DNA from: Myxococcales bacterium
Lineage (GTDB): Bacteria; Myxococcota; Myxococcia; Myxococcales; UBA5297
Assembly: GCA_049841135.1 (NCBI GenBank)
Contig: JASGHK010000008.1
Coordinates: 147,272-211,271 of the forward strand
Direction: 5' to 3'
Length of the DNA: 64,000 nt
Below, piece by piece: positions 19,436 to 30,451 of the stretch; positions within the stretch are counted from its first letter, which is position 1, and each line of letters starts with the position of its first letter. A model generated the notes under the pieces. It ran no database searches and had not been told where the DNA came from. It saw nothing but the letters and a program-made list of their open reading frames with translations. Position numbers and translations under genes: made by a program.

Positions 19436-22400
19436 TCAGCGGGAGGCAGAGCCCGCAGACGCGGATTGGACGACCACCTCGTTGCTCGAGCCCGAACTCC
19501 CTTCGTTGTCGCCGTCGGTTGGAGTGATGACGCAGCGCCAGATGTCGCCGGCCTTCACGAGCCGTCCCGGAACCTCGGCCGAAGAGGCCGCGAACGACTG
19601 ATCGACGCCGTTCTTCTGCCAGACGAAGCGATAGCTCACCCTGTCGCCATCGGGGTCGACGGAGGCCGTGGCGATGGTGCAGCTGAGCGCTCCCCCAGCA
19701 GTTGGCGCCTCCGGCGAGAGGCGTACGACGGGCGCGGTCGGAGGGCTGTTGCGATACCTGGCCTCGCCTCTGGCCACCGGCCCCTTCGCGGTCCCGTCGC
19801 TGGCGGACACTTCGCACTGGTACGAGTGGCCCTTCTTCGTCGCCGCTGCCGGCAACTTCCAGGGCTCGGCGGCGTCGGCTGCCACGGGCTTCCCCCCAGA
19901 CTTCCAGACGAAGGTGTAGCTGACGCGGTCGCCGTCGGGGTCCTCCGCAGGCTGGGCGAGCCGGCAGAAGAGGTCCTGCCCGGCCTGCGGCTCCTCCGGC
20001 TCGACGACGGCCTTGGCCGCGCCCGGAGCCGAATTGACGACGGTCACCTTGGCCTCGGTTGGCGCGCTCGACAGCTCACCATCGGAGGCGACCGCGGTGC
20101 AGCTCCAGGTCTCGCCGTGGAGCGCGACCCCCGCGGGGATCTTGGTCTGGTCGGCGGAGACCGGGACCGGCTCGCCGTCTCGCATCCAGGTCAACGCCAC
20201 TCGTGGCGTCTCCTGGTCCGGGTCTTTCGCCGCGACCTTCACGACGCAGGAGAGCTCGTCCTTGACCGTTGGCTTCTCCGGCACCAGCGCAATCTGCGGA
20301 GCGACCGGCGCGCTGTCCTTGACCTTGGCGGTGGCTGCGGCACTGCCGCCCTCCACCTCCCCGTCAAAGGGCGTCACCACCAGCTTGAGCACCTCGCCGC
20401 GGCGAAGGGTCCCGGGCTTGAGCGAGGAAGCCTCGGCCGGAAGCTCGACGCGCACCCCGTCCTTGAACCACGCATAGCGGTACCTGATGGCGTCGCCGTC
20501 GCGGTCGGTGGACGGCTGCTCCACCTTGGCCTTGGCGCCCACTTCGGCGGACGGCTCCGAGGGTTCGATGGAGACCACCGGCGCCGTGGGCGGTGTGTTG
20601 ACTGCGACCAGCCGCGCCTTTCCGGAAGGACCGTTCTCCTGGCCGTCCGACGGAGTCACCTCGACCGTCCACACCTCGTGCTTCTTCACCCTGCCCGCGG
20701 GGATGGAAGCCGCGTCCTTGGGCAGGCCTGCGGGCTTGCCGTCCACGGCCCAGGCATAGGCCAGCGACACCGCGTCGCCGTCGAGGTCGGTCGACGGCCG
20801 GTCGATCTTCACGTCCACGGCCTCGCCCGACGGAGGCGCCGCGGTGGAGAAGGAGACCGCGGGCGCCGTCGGACGGGTGTTCTTGACGGTCACGCTCGCG
20901 TTGGCGGGCGGCGAGTCCGCCTCTCCATCGCTGGCGATGACCTCGAGCTGGTACACCTCGCCCTTCTTCAGCCCGCGCACCTCGCGCCCGTCGGCGACGG
21001 CGTCGACCTTCTTCCCCGCCTTCTCGAACGTGAAGCGGTAGGCCAGCTTGTCGCCGTCGGCGTCGGTCGCGGGCTTGTCCACCGCGCCGAGGATGGCGTC
21101 CTGTGTCCCCGGCTCGGCGGGCAGGACGACGACGTGGGGCGCTTCCGGGGCGGTGTTCTGCACCGTGGCCTTCGCCGTCGCCACCGGCCCCTGCAGCTCG
21201 CCGTCGTCGGCGCGGACCTCGACGCTCACCACTTGCTTCTTGCGCGCGGTGCGCGCCGGGACGATATCCACCGACGCGTCGAACGTCAGGGGCGTGCCGT
21301 CCACGAAGAAGCGGTACTGGTACTTGAGCTTGTCGCCGTCGGGGTCGCTCGCCGGCTTCTTGACCACGGCCTTGATCGCGTCGCCCACCTTGGGCTCGGC
21401 GGGCGTGAGCGCGACCTCGAGCGCACCGGGGGCGCTGTCGGCGATCACCGCCTCGATCGATGCCGGGGTTCCGTCGGCCTCGCCGTCGTTGGGCGTCGCC
21501 GTCACCTTCCAGCGCTCGCCCTTGCCGACCGTGCCCGCCGGCAAGTCGGGGGTCGTGAGCGCGCTCTGGACCTGGCCGTTCTTCGACCAGGTCCACCGGT
21601 AGGCGATGGGGTCGCCGTCGGGGTCCACGGAGGGCGCGGAGAGCTTCACCTTCACGGCCTCGGCACGCCGGAGAGGCGTGGTCTCGAAGGCGATGGCCGG
21701 AGGGGTCGGAGGGGTGTTCTTCACGGTGACCGTGGCCTTGGCCGCAGGCGCCTCGGCCTCGCCGTCGGAGGCGACCACCGAGAGCTCGTAGACCTCACCC
21801 TTCTTCAGCCCTCGGACCTCGCGGCCCTCGGCGAGCGCGGTCTCCACCTTCTTGCCCGCCTTCGAGAAGGAGAACCGGTAGCTCAGCTTGTCGCCATCGG
21901 CGTCGGCGGCGGGGCTGTCGATGCCTCCGAGGATGGCGTCGACGTTCCGCGGCTCCCGCGGCAGCACCAGCGCCTTGGGCGGCTCCGGCGCGGTGTTGAG
22001 CACGGTCACCCTCGCCGTCGCCACGGGGCCCTGCAGCTCGCCGTCGTCCGCCCGAACCTCGACGGTCACGACCTGCTTCTTCTTGGCGGTGCGCGCCGGG
22101 ATGGAATCGATCGCGTCGTGGAACGGCAGCGGCGTCCCGTCCACCAGGAACCGGTACTGGTACCTGAGCTTGTCGCCATCGACGTCCGACGCCGGCTTGG
22201 AGATGACTGCCTTGATCGCGTCCCCCACCCTGGGCTCGGCTGGCGAGAGCGCGACTTCGAGCGAGCTCGGCACGCTGTCGCTGGCCATGGCCTCGATGGA
22301 CGCGGCGGTGCCGTCCTCCACCCCGTCGTTGGGGGTGGCGGTGACGCGCCACACCTCGCCCTTGCGTACCGTCCCGGCGGGCAGCTCGGGCGCGGTGAGC

Positions 22401-24946
22401 CCAGCCTGTGCTTGCCCGTTCTTGGACCAGGCCCAGCGATAGCCCACCTTGTCGCCGTCGGCGTCGGTCGACGCCGTGACGATTTTGACCTTCACCGGAT
22501 CCGAGCGGCGCAGAGGGAGCGCCTCGTAGGCCAATGCCGGCGCGGTCGGCGCCGTGTTGCGCACCGTCAGCGCCACCTTGCCCGGCGCCGAGTCGGCCTC
22601 GCCGTCGGAGGCGACGGCGGTCAGCTCGTACAGCTCGCCCTTCTTGAGGCCAGGCAGCTCACGCGCCTCGGAGACGGTCTTCCCTGCCTTGGCGAAGGAG
22701 AAGCGGTAAGTCAGCCGGTCTCCGTCGATGTCTTGGGAGGCGCTCGCCAGCCCCGCGACCAGCGCGTCCTTCTGCCGTGCGTCGGCGGGGACGATGGACG
22801 GCGCTGGCGCAGTCGGGGCGGTGTTGACGATGGTCGCCTGCGCCTTGGCCGCGGGCCCGAGCAGCTCTCCGTCGTCGGCCTGCACCTCCACCGAGAGGAC
22901 CTGCTTCTTTCGCGCGAGCAGCGGCGGCAGCGTGTCCAGGCTCGTCGCCAAGGAGAGCGCCACGCCGTCCACGAAGAACCGGTAGCGGTACTTGAGCGCG
23001 TCCGAGTCGACGTCGGTCGCCGGCTTGGCGATGACCACCTTCACCGGGTCGCCGGTCTTCGGCTTGGCCGGCGTCAGGGAGATCTCCGGCACGGTCGGAG
23101 CGCTGTCGCCCACCGTCGCCTCGGCCGCGGCCGCGGGGCCCTCGGCCTCGCCGTCCGAAGCGGTGACGACCACCGACCAGCGTTCGCCGCGCTTGAGCGA
23201 GCCTGCGGGGAGCTCGTTCGTGGTCATGCCCTTCTGCGGCTTGCCGTCCCGTAGCCAGGTGTACGAGTAGCTGGGCTTGTCTCCGTCGGCGTCGGGCGCT
23301 TCCCCGGCGATCCTGGCGCGCACGGCCGAGGCGCGTCGCGGCACCTCGGGGTCGAGCGCCACCGTGGGGCGGCCCGGGGCGCTGTTGCGGATGACCACCT
23401 CGGGACTCGCCTTCGCCACCCCGCCCGGCGCCGACACCTGGAAGCGCCACTTCTCCTTCTTCCGGGTCTCCTCCTTGGGCACGGTCTGCTTGCCTGCCAG
23501 CGCCGGGACTTCCTTGCCGTCTCTCAGCCAGCGGATCTCGGTGGCCGGCTCGGGGTCGCCGTCGAGGTCGAAGTACCGGTACCTCGCCGTCAGCACATCG
23601 TCGGTCGAAGGCTCGGCCGGCTCGATGCGCAGGTCGGCATAGCCGGGCGGGTTCGGATGCACCCGGCCGTTGCGCGCCGGGTCGTGCCCCTGCTCGCGCC
23701 AGGCGAGCGGCGCGGTGGACTTGCCTGCGCGCTTGACCTTGAAGGCGTGAACCTTGTCGCCGGCGGCCTGGAAGATCACCGTCCCATCGCCGAGCTCGGC
23801 GACCGACGGGCTGCCGATCGCCTCGGCGCCGAGGCGGGCGGGGAATCCGGCTGCCGGCTTGCCGTCCTTGCGTACTGCGTGCAGCTGGCCATCGGAGCTG
23901 GCCACCAGGATCTCGTCCTTGCCGTCGCGGTCGAGGTCGGCGATGACCGCCGAGCCCACGAGCTTCTCGCCCAGCTTGACCGGGAAGCCCTTGAGCTCCT
24001 GGCCCGCGAGGTCGAACAGGTGGAGCCGGCCATCCATGGCGGCGACGGCGAGCTCCAGCCGGCCGTCGCCGTCGACGTCCGCGAGCGCCACTCCGCCCAG
24101 CACCCGCGCGCCCACCGTTGCTGGGAAGCCAGCCCAGGCCTTTCCGTCAGGCCGCACCGCGTAGACCTTGAAGTCCTGCGACGCGAAGGCGAGGTCGTTC
24201 GAGCCGTCGCCGTCGAGGTCGCCCATCGCCGGCTCGCCGCTGACCAGGTACGAGGAGGCGACTGGAAAGCCCAGCAGCCCCACCCCCTTGAGGTCCACCA
24301 CGTAGACCTTGCCGTCCTCGTTACCCGTGGCCAGCGCCATGGCCGACGACGCCCCGAACCGGCCGCCCGCGACCGCGCTCGTCACGGTAGCTCCCAGCTG
24401 GAGCGGGAAGCCCTTCACCGGCGTGCCGGAGGCGCTCGTGGCGTGGAGCTTTCCGCCCTTGCCCCCGAAGACGATCTCGAGCTTGCCATCGCCGTCCAGG
24501 TCGATCAGGGACGGTCCGGCTTCGAAGCCATCCGCAATCTGGAGCGGGAATCCAGCGAGCGGCACTCCGTCCGAGCCCAGGACCGTGAGCTGGCCGTCGG
24601 TTTGGCAGACCGCGACGGCTCCCTTGTGCTGCGGGTCGAGATCGCCCACGGCAGGGGCGCCGACCACGCCCACCTTCTCGCCCAGGCTCACCGGGAAGCC
24701 GGCACAAACCGAGCCTGCGAAGGTGAAGCAGAGCAGCTCGTTGCCGGCCGCGAAGACGGCGCGGCCGCCCTCGGCGGGGTCGAGGACCACGGGCGTCGAC
24801 ACCATTGCCGGGTCCCTGCCCGGCTGTGCCCCTGGAACCCGGCGAGGAAAGCCCGACAGCGCTTGTGCAGCCTGTGCGGTCGCGGGCGCGAGGGCCGCCA
24901 CCGCCACGCCAGCGCAAAGCGAGAGAAGAGAAAGCCCACGGCTCAT
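19436..24946 (-). CDS. Giant secreted adhesin-like protein: N-terminal FG-GAP/beta-propeller repeats followed by ~15 Ig-like tandem domains
   Basis: Signal peptide MSRGLSLLSLCAGVAVAALAPATAQA. FG-GAP-like motifs (DLDGDGKLEIV, DVDGDGRLEL). Recurrent ~95-aa modules (…DADGDKLSYRFSF…GEVYELSVVASDGEA…). Confidence 0.7.
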   Translation of the reverse strand: MSRGLSLLSLCAGVAVAALAPATAQAAQALSGFPRRVPGAQPGRDPAMVSTPVVLDPAEGGRAVFAAGNELLCFTFAGSVCAGFPVSLGEKVGVVGAPAVGDLDPQHKGAVAVCQTDGQLTVLGSDGVPLAGFPLQIADGFEAGPSLIDLDGDGKLEIVFGGKGGKLHATSASGTPVKGFPLQLGATVTSAVAGGRFGASSAMALATGNEDGKVYVVDLKGVGLLGFPVASSYLVSGEPAMGDLDGDGSNDLAFASQDFKVYAVRPDGKAWAGFPATVGARVLGGVALADVDGDGRLELAVAAMDGRLHLFDLAGQELKGFPVKLGEKLVGSAVIADLDRDGKDEILVASSDGQLHAVRKDGKPAAGFPARLGAEAIGSPSVAELGDGTVIFQAAGDKVHAFKVKRAGKSTAPLAWREQGHDPARNGRVHPNPPGYADLRIEPAEPSTDDVLTARYRYFDLDGDPEPATEIRWLRDGKEVPALAGKQTVPKEETRKKEKWRFQVSAPGGVAKASPEVVIRNSAPGRPTVALDPEVPRRASAVRARIAGEAPDADGDKPSYSYTWLRDGKPQKGMTTNELPAGSLKRGERWSVVVTASDGEAEGPAAAAEATVGDSAPTVPEISLTPAKPKTGDPVKVVIAKPATDVDSDALKYRYRFFVDGVALSLATSLDTLPPLLARKKQVLSVEVQADDGELLGPAAKAQATIVNTAPTAPAPSIVPADARQKDALVAGLASASQDIDGDRLTYRFSFAKAGKTVSEARELPGLKKGELYELTAVASDGEADSAPGKVALTVRNTAPTAPALAYEALPLRRSDPVKVKIVTASTDADGDKVGYRWAWSKNGQAQAGLTAPELPAGTVRKGEVWRVTATPNDGVEDGTAASIEAMASDSVPSSLEVALSPAEPRVGDAIKAVISKPASDVDGDKLRYQYRFLVDGTPLPFHDAIDSIPARTAKKKQVVTVEVRADDGELQGPVATARVTVLNTAPEPPKALVLPREPRNVDAILGGIDSPAADADGDKLSYRFSFSKAGKKVETALAEGREVRGLKKGEVYELSVVASDGEAEAPAAKATVTVKNTPPTPPAIAFETTPLRRAEAVKVKLSAPSVDPDGDPIAYRWTWSKNGQVQSALTTPDLPAGTVGKGERWKVTATPNDGEADGTPASIEAVIADSAPGALEVALTPAEPKVGDAIKAVVKKPASDPDGDKLKYQYRFFVDGTPLTFDASVDIVPARTARKKQVVSVEVRADDGELQGPVATAKATVQNTAPEAPHVVVLPAEPGTQDAILGAVDKPATDADGDKLAYRFTFEKAGKKVDAVADGREVRGLKKGEVYQLEVIASDGEADSPPANASVTVKNTRPTAPAVSFSTAAPPSGEAVDVKIDRPSTDLDGDAVSLAYAWAVDGKPAGLPKDAASIPAGRVKKHEVWTVEVTPSDGQENGPSGKARLVAVNTPPTAPVVSIEPSEPSAEVGAKAKVEQPSTDRDGDAIRYRYAWFKDGVRVELPAEASSLKPGTLRRGEVLKLVVTPFDGEVEGGSAAATAKVKDSAPVAPQIALVPEKPTVKDELSCVVKVAAKDPDQETPRVALTWMRDGEPVPVSADQTKIPAGVALHGETWSCTAVASDGELSSAPTEAKVTVVNSAPGAAKAVVEPEEPQAGQDLFCRLAQPAEDPDGDRVSYTFVWKSGGKPVAADAAEPWKLPAAATKKGHSYQCEVSASDGTAKGPVARGEARYRNSPPTAPVVRLSPEAPTAGGALSCTIATASVDPDGDRVSYRFVWQKNGVDQSFAASSAEVPGRLVKAGDIWRCVITPTDGDNEGSSGSSNEVVVQSASAGSASR

Positions 24947-25013
24947 GGCCTAGGATCTCCTGCGGCCGGCCGATGGCCGCGCTGTTCTTCAGTGAGTCCG
25001 CCCGTGGCGCGCG

Positions 25014-25460
25014 CTACAGGCGAGCCGCAAGCCGGACGTTGGCGGCGCGCAGCCGCGACGAGAGCACCCGGGCGATATTCATGACCACGAAGGTGAACCC
25101 GTCCCGGTGGTGCTTGCGAAAGGCGGTGAAGTTCTCTGCCGTCAGCTGCAAGAGCACGCTGTCGATGCGGGCGCGGACGGTCGCCGACCGGTACTCCTTG
25201 TCGATGAGCGACATCTCGCCGAAGAAGGCCGGGGGCGCGAGGGTCTGGATGACCTTCAGCTCTCCGGCGTCGTTCTTGCGCAGCACCTCGACCTCGCCGC
25301 TGGCGATGACGTAGAGCGAGTCCCCCAGGTCGCCTTCTTCGAAGACGATCTCCCCGGCCGCGAACCGCCGGGGCCGGCTCATCTCCGCGGCCAGCTCCAG
25401 CTCCGCCGGCGAGACCATCTCGAAGAGCGGCGAGCTCTGCAGCACCTCGAACTTCTCCAT
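25014..25460 (-). CDS. Cyclic nucleotide-binding domain protein
   Basis: cNMP-binding fold: FAAGEIVFEEGDLGDSLYVIASGEVEV…FFGEMSLI. Confidence 0.65.
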   Translation of the reverse strand: MEKFEVLQSSPLFEMVSPAELELAAEMSRPRRFAAGEIVFEEGDLGDSLYVIASGEVEVLRKNDAGELKVIQTLAPPAFFGEMSLIDKEYRSATVRARIDSVLLQLTAENFTAFRKHHRDGFTFVVMNIARVLSSRLRAANVRLAARL

Positions 25461-25526
25461 GTTCTCTCCGGCCCACCATTCTGTGGTGGGACATCGGCAC
25501 CCGAAGGCGCCGCGATAACCCCGGCG

Positions 25527-26567
25527 TTACGCCGACTTGCGGTCCGTCTCCTCGCGCACCCGCCCCTTGCGCCCCTTGAGGAAGTACTCCTCGAAGCGCC
25601 GGTCGCCCTCCGCGTCCGAGGCCTTCACCTCCACGCCCGGCTCCAGGAACTCGACCCCGCGCTTCTGGTCGATGGAGTAGACCGCGAGCGGCTTGACCTC
25701 GATGTTGTAGTTCTGGGAGTCCTCCACCAGCGCCACGCACCAGGCGCGCTTGGGGTTCTCCTTCTGGCGGTAGTAGGCGAACTCGTCACCTTGGGCGCAG
25801 CCGAACCGCTCGCAGGCCTCCTTCATGGCCTCGGCCAGGCGGGTCTCGGCGGCCTCGCGCTCGCGGGCCACGGCGTCGGCCTCGGCGCGCAGCTTGTGCG
25901 CCCGCTGCTTGCGCTCCTCGGCCTGCTTGAAGAGCCGCTCGGCCTCGGCGCGCACCTTCTTGCCCTGGGCGCGGCGCTCGGCCATCAAGAGCGCCAGCTC
26001 CATCGAGCGGCCCCAGATACGTTCCACCTCTTCCCACAGGCGGTTCTTGACCGCGAGCTCGCGCTGATTCTCCTGCGACACCTGGGTCTGGATGCGCTCC
26101 ACGCGGCGCAGCTCGCCGTCGAGCCGGGCGATCTCCGCCTCGAGCTCCTTCTTCTGCGGACCGGCGGGAAGCGCGCTGGCCTTCTCCCGGCGCTGGGCGA
26201 TCTGCTGGCGGGTGACCTCGTTCTGCTTGTCGAGGGCGCAGGCGCGGTACCACTGCTCGCTGGCCTGCACGCGCTGCTGCTCGTAGTCGGCGACGACCTT
26301 GAAGCTGGTGTTGTCCAGCTCCTGGGCCTCGGCGGCCATCTTGGCAGCCGAGTCCTCGAGCTCGCCGGCGCGGTACAGCGTGTCGATGGCGTTCTTCTGG
26401 GCGAGCTCGGCGCGGAAGTCCATGAGCATCGCCTGGGAGAGCAGCTCGTCGTGCCGCTCGCGCGCGTCGTCGCGCTGGAGCCGCACCTTGGCGAGACCGT
26501 CCCACCATCCCTTGAACTCCGGGGAGGCGACGAGCTGCTTGATGTCGCTGAGCGCCTTGGCCTTCAT
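25527..26567 (-). CDS. Hypothetical coiled-coil protein
   Basis: 346-aa ORF with long heptad/charged helices. No enzymatic motif. Confidence 0.4.
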   Translation of the reverse strand: MKAKALSDIKQLVASPEFKGWWDGLAKVRLQRDDARERHDELLSQAMLMDFRAELAQKNAIDTLYRAGELEDSAAKMAAEAQELDNTSFKVVADYEQQRVQASEQWYRACALDKQNEVTRQQIAQRREKASALPAGPQKKELEAEIARLDGELRRVERIQTQVSQENQRELAVKNRLWEEVERIWGRSMELALLMAERRAQGKKVRAEAERLFKQAEERKQRAHKLRAEADAVAREREAAETRLAEAMKEACERFGCAQGDEFAYYRQKENPKRAWCVALVEDSQNYNIEVKPLAVYSIDQKRGVEFLEPGVEVKASDAEGDRRFEEYFLKGRKGRVREETDRKSA

Positions 26568-26689
26568 CGGTTGCGCAGTCTAGCCCATCGGTACGGCTGG
26601 GGAAAATAGGTCCGGCAACGCCCAAAGAGCACGGCCGCCGGCGTCGTTCGCCGGCGGCCGCACGGTTCATCTCACGGTCCTCGGAGGGC

Positions 26690-28070
26690 TCATCCGCCGC
26701 CGGCAGGCGCGAACACGAACGGATAGGCGACCGGGCACTCGTCCTCGGACTTGATGGGGAACATCCACATGCGGATGGTGTTGCGGATGCAGCTGACCAC
26801 CGCCTCGTTGTGCAGGGTGTCCTCCTCGACCTCGGGCATCCCCTGGATGCGTCCGGTGCCGCCGATGGTGAAGCGGATGACCACCTTGCCCTTCAGGCTG
26901 ACGTTGCGCTTGAGCTCGCGCTCGTAGCAGCTCTGGATGGCGCGCAGGTTGCGCTTGACGTAGCGGGCGATCGCGTCGCGGTCGCAGCTTGCCGAGTCGA
27001 CCTCGGGCGCCGACTCCGAGACGAACCCCCGGACTGCGGCCACTGCCTTCTTCTCGCCCAGACTACCCGCAGTGCCGGCGCCGCCGGTGGTCCCCAGGTC
27101 GCCGATGCCTGCCGCCTCGCCCGAGCCTCCGCCCTTGCGACCGCCGCCCTCGGCGAGGTTGTCGGAGTTGGCCACGCCGACCCCGCCGGCGCCTGCGAGC
27201 GCGCTGGCGATGTCCTGGCTGCCGGCCCCGCCGCCGAGCACGTCCTCGATGGCGCCGCCACCGGACCCGTCGCCGATGGCGCCGAGCATCTTGAGCAGGC
27301 CCTTGTTGGCGACGCCCTTCGCGATGGCCGCGCGCTTGGCCTCCTGGTCGACCGGGCCGGTCGGGCCCTTCGGCTTGGCGTTGCCCTTCGGCTTGTCGTC
27401 GCCCTTCTTGTCGTCGCCCTTCTTGTCCGCACCCGTGTCCGACTCGGCCACCTTGGGCTTGGGCGGCTCCTTGGGCTTGTCGGGGACGATCATCTTCACG
27501 AAGCGGTCGGGCAGATCCTCGAGGGTCGAGCTCGGGCTCTTCCTTCTTCTCGCGCAGGCTCACCGCTTGGACCGTGCCGAAGTCCACGAGCAGGCAGGCC
27601 ATGAGGATGCCGAAGAAGACCTTGTCGATGGTGTGCCAGATGGAGCCCTTGGCGATGTCGGGCAGGACCGGCTTGGGCGCCTCGGGGGGCGGGGTGACGA
27701 ACTGGAAGAGCAGCGTCACTTCGCCCAGGGCGATCTTGCCCTTGGCCTGTTCGCTGAGCGGGACCGCATAGGCGTCACGATCCTTCTTGGCCAGTCCCTG
27801 CGCCTTGAGCGCCGCGAAGTCGAGCTGGGTCTCCCCGCTGGAGAGCCGGCCCGCCATCTGGTCGGTGAAGCGCAGGACGTAGCCATTGCCCTTCATCTCG
27901 AAGACCGCGAACGACGGCGGCAGGTTCGAGACCGGGATGACGATGGTGTTCTTGGCGGACTGGCCGACCGTCACCGTGTCGCGCTTCTTGACGAGGCGCT
28001 CCTCGATGATCTTGCCGCCTTGGATGACGCCAATCCGTAGAATCTTTGCGGATTTCTGTTCCGTCGCCAT
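26690..28070 (-). CDS. FHA-like / TM / Gly-Pro-rich linker / TonB_C-like (AgmX/PglI C-terminal domain) protein, GltG/NfsG/PglI-like. Apparent frameshift near 27515.
   Basis: N-terminal FHA-like segment, TM helix IDKVFFGILMACLLVDFG, then after a frame switch (…EPELD | LEDLPDRFVKMIVPD…) a Gly-rich linker and a C-terminal TonB_C-like domain (SCYERELKRNVSLKGKVVIRFTIGGTGRI). Confidence 0.6.
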
Positions 28071-28167
28071 CTGTGCTCCACCTGCCTTCAGGGGCGTGGG
28101 AAAGCGTCCCCGGCTGCTTTGACCACATCGGGGCTCGGTTGGTTCCCGATAACCCCGCCCTGACGAT

Positions 28168-28416
28168 TTAGAACGGGTCCTTCTCGACGCTCTTGACCAC
28201 CTTGGGCAAGAAGCTCTCGGCGCGATCCAACTCGTCGAAGTTCAAGTTGGACCGCTGAAGGATGTAGAAAGCCTGGGGTTTTTGGATTCGGCCCTCGACC
28301 GTGATGGTCTCGAGCCGGATGACCTTCTTCTTCTTGACCTCGCCGGCATGGACTGCTGCCGGCATCGCCAGAGCGATGGCGACCGCGATGGCCCCGACTG
28401 TGCGAGCTTTCACCAC
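28168..28416 (-). CDS. Small secreted protein (GltF/NfsF-like position)
   Basis: 82 aa. Signal peptide MVKARTVGAIAVAIALAMPAAVHA. Confidence 0.4.
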   Translation of the reverse strand: MVKARTVGAIAVAIALAMPAAVHAGEVKKKKVIRLETITVEGRIQKPQAFYILQRSNLNFDELDRAESFLPKVVKSVEKDPF

Positions 28417-28428
28417 CGAAGTGCCTCC

Positions 28429-30451
28429 TCAGTCGTCGGAGATCTTGCCCGAAGAGGCGGGCTTGTTGGAAGGGGCTGCTGCGCCGTCGTCGTCGCCGAG
28501 CTTGCCGCCCGTGTTTCCAGCCGGGGGAGTCGTCGTCGTGTTCTTGGCCGGCTGAGCGCCGTCCTCGTCGTCGCCGAGCTTCGAAGCGGGCTTCGGCTGG
28601 TTCCTGGCTGCCTTCTCCGCGTCGGCCTTCGCCTTGGCATCCGCAGCCGCCTGCTTCTTGGCTTCAGCCGCGGCGGCCTTGTCGGCGTCCGCCTTCGCCT
28701 TGGCGTCGGCCGCGGCCTGCTTCTTCGCATCGGCCTCCGCCTTCTTGGCCTCGGCGGCAGCACGCTTCTCTTCGTCGGCCTTGGCCTTGGCGTCGGCAGC
28801 GGCCTGCTTCTTCGCGTCGGCCTCCGCCTTCTTGGCCTCGGCGGCAGCGCGCTTCTCGTCGTCGGCCTTCTGCTTGGCGTCGAGCGCCGCTTGCTTCTTG
28901 GCGTCGGCCTCGGCCTTCTTGGCGTCCTCGACGGCCTTCTTCTCGGCGGCGATGCGCGCCTTCTCGGCGTCCTCGGCGGCCTTCTTCTCGGCGGCGATAC
29001 GGGCGGCCTCGGCGTCGGCCTTGGCCTTCTCCTCGTCGGCCTTGCGCTTGGCCTCGGCCTCGGCCGCCTTCTTGGCGTCCTCCTCGGCCTTCTTCGCCTT
29101 GCGCAGCTTGTCCTTCTCCTCGCGCTCCTTGCGCCGCTTCTCCCGCTCGATCGCCTTGCTCGCGTCCTTGAGGTACTGCTCGACGGTGTCGTCGCCCTTG
29201 CCGGCTTCCTTGACCTTGGTGAAGTAGGCGATGGCCTCTTCCATGCGCTTGGTGATGTCGAGGTCCTTCATCTCCGCGTCCAGGTAGAGCACGCCGAAGT
29301 TGAAGTAGACGTCGGCCGCCAGCGCCGGATCGAGCTTGATCGCCTCGTTGTAGCGGGCCTTGGCCTTCTCGATCTCGCCCTGGCCGCGGTAGGCGTTGCC
29401 CAGGTTCAGGTGGGCGCTGGCGAACATCGGGGCGTACTTGACCGCGAGCTTCGAGCTCCTTGGCGGCTTCCTGGAAGTTTCCGGCGGCCAGGAGCATCGC
29501 GCCCAGGTTGTTGTGCGCCTCGGGGAAGTCCTCGCGCAGGTCGGCGGCGCTGCGGAACTTCTCCTTGGCGGCGGTCTTCTTCTTCTGCGACAGCAGGATG
29601 ACACCCTGCAGGTTGGGGATCTCCGCGCGGTTGATGTCGATGTGGCCGGCGTTGTCGAGCACCATCATCGCCAGCTCGGTGCGGCTCTGCTTGAAGTAGA
29701 TGTTGGCCAGCACGAACATCGCCGAGACGTTCTGCTCGTCGTTCTTGAGGACCTTCTTGCACTCCGCCGCGCCCTCGTCGAGCTTGTCCTGGGCGTAGAG
29801 CGTCCAGGCCAGGGCGTAGCGCAGGCCCAGCGAGTCCGGGGCCGCCTCGATCCGCTTCTTGAGCTCGGCTTCGCCCTGCAGCGCCCGTCCGGTGCGCACC
29901 AGCAGCTTGGCGTAGTTCTCGGCGGCGCGGTCGACCTTGGGCTTGACCCCGGCTTTCGCCTGCTTGTCGATGGCCTTGAGGTAGCTCTTCTCCGCCAGCG
30001 CGTCCTCGCCCTTGCGCTCGTAGAGGACGCCCAGGTTGTAGTCGGCCCAGTGCGTACGCGGGTCGTCGGTGGCTGCCTTCTGGAAGCGGGCGATGGCGCC
30101 GTCGGTGTCGCCCTTGACGGCCTCGCGCATTCCGTCGTCGAAGGCGTCGCGCACCTTGGAGTCGAGGACCTTCACCTCCTCCTTGGGCGGCTCCTTCCTC
30201 TCGGGCTTCTTCTCCTCCGGCTTCTGGTCGTCGGCCTTCTTGGACTCCGCCCCGGCGTCAGGCGTGGAGATCTCCTCCGGTCGATCGGGGATGTCGGGCG
30301 TACCGGCCTTGACCTCGATCGGGCCGGCATCGCCGGCATCGGGCGCGGCGAGAGGATCGTCTGGCTTGGTCTCGGTGGTGGCGCACGAAGCCGACCAGAG
30401 CCCGAGGCCGAGCAGGGAGCCCAACAAGGTCAGGCGGAGGGCGCTCATCAA
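28429..30451 (-). CDS. TPR-repeat lipoprotein with a C-terminal Ala/Lys-rich TolA-like repeat region. Apparent frameshift near 29450.
   Basis: Lipoprotein signal LGLGLWSASC. TPR helices (…ADYNLGVLYERKG…). The two ORFs join at …AAKELEA | AVKYAPMFASAHLNLGNAYRGQG…. C-terminal repeats are KKAEADAKKQAAADAKAKAD. Confidence 0.6.
28620..28990. repeat. ~87-bp tandem DNA repeats encoding Ala/Lys-rich 29-aa repeats inside the TPR lipoprotein gene
   Basis: Protein repeats KKAEADAKKQAAADAKAKADEEKRAAAEA x3-4 with near-identical DNA units. Confidence 0.5.

Noticed and set aside
19316-23254. 1312-aa plus-strand ORF
   Set aside because: It is antisense to the giant adhesin gene. The translation is Arg/Gly/Leu/Pro low-complexity with no domains, which is the typical GC-rich antisense artefact.
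27063-27520. Gly/Arg-rich 150-aa tail of ORF 27063..28070 as a real low-complexity domain
   Set aside because: It overlaps the in-frame, well-conserved TonB_C-type domain gene in another frame. A frameshift joining the FHA/TM part to the TonB_C part explains it better.
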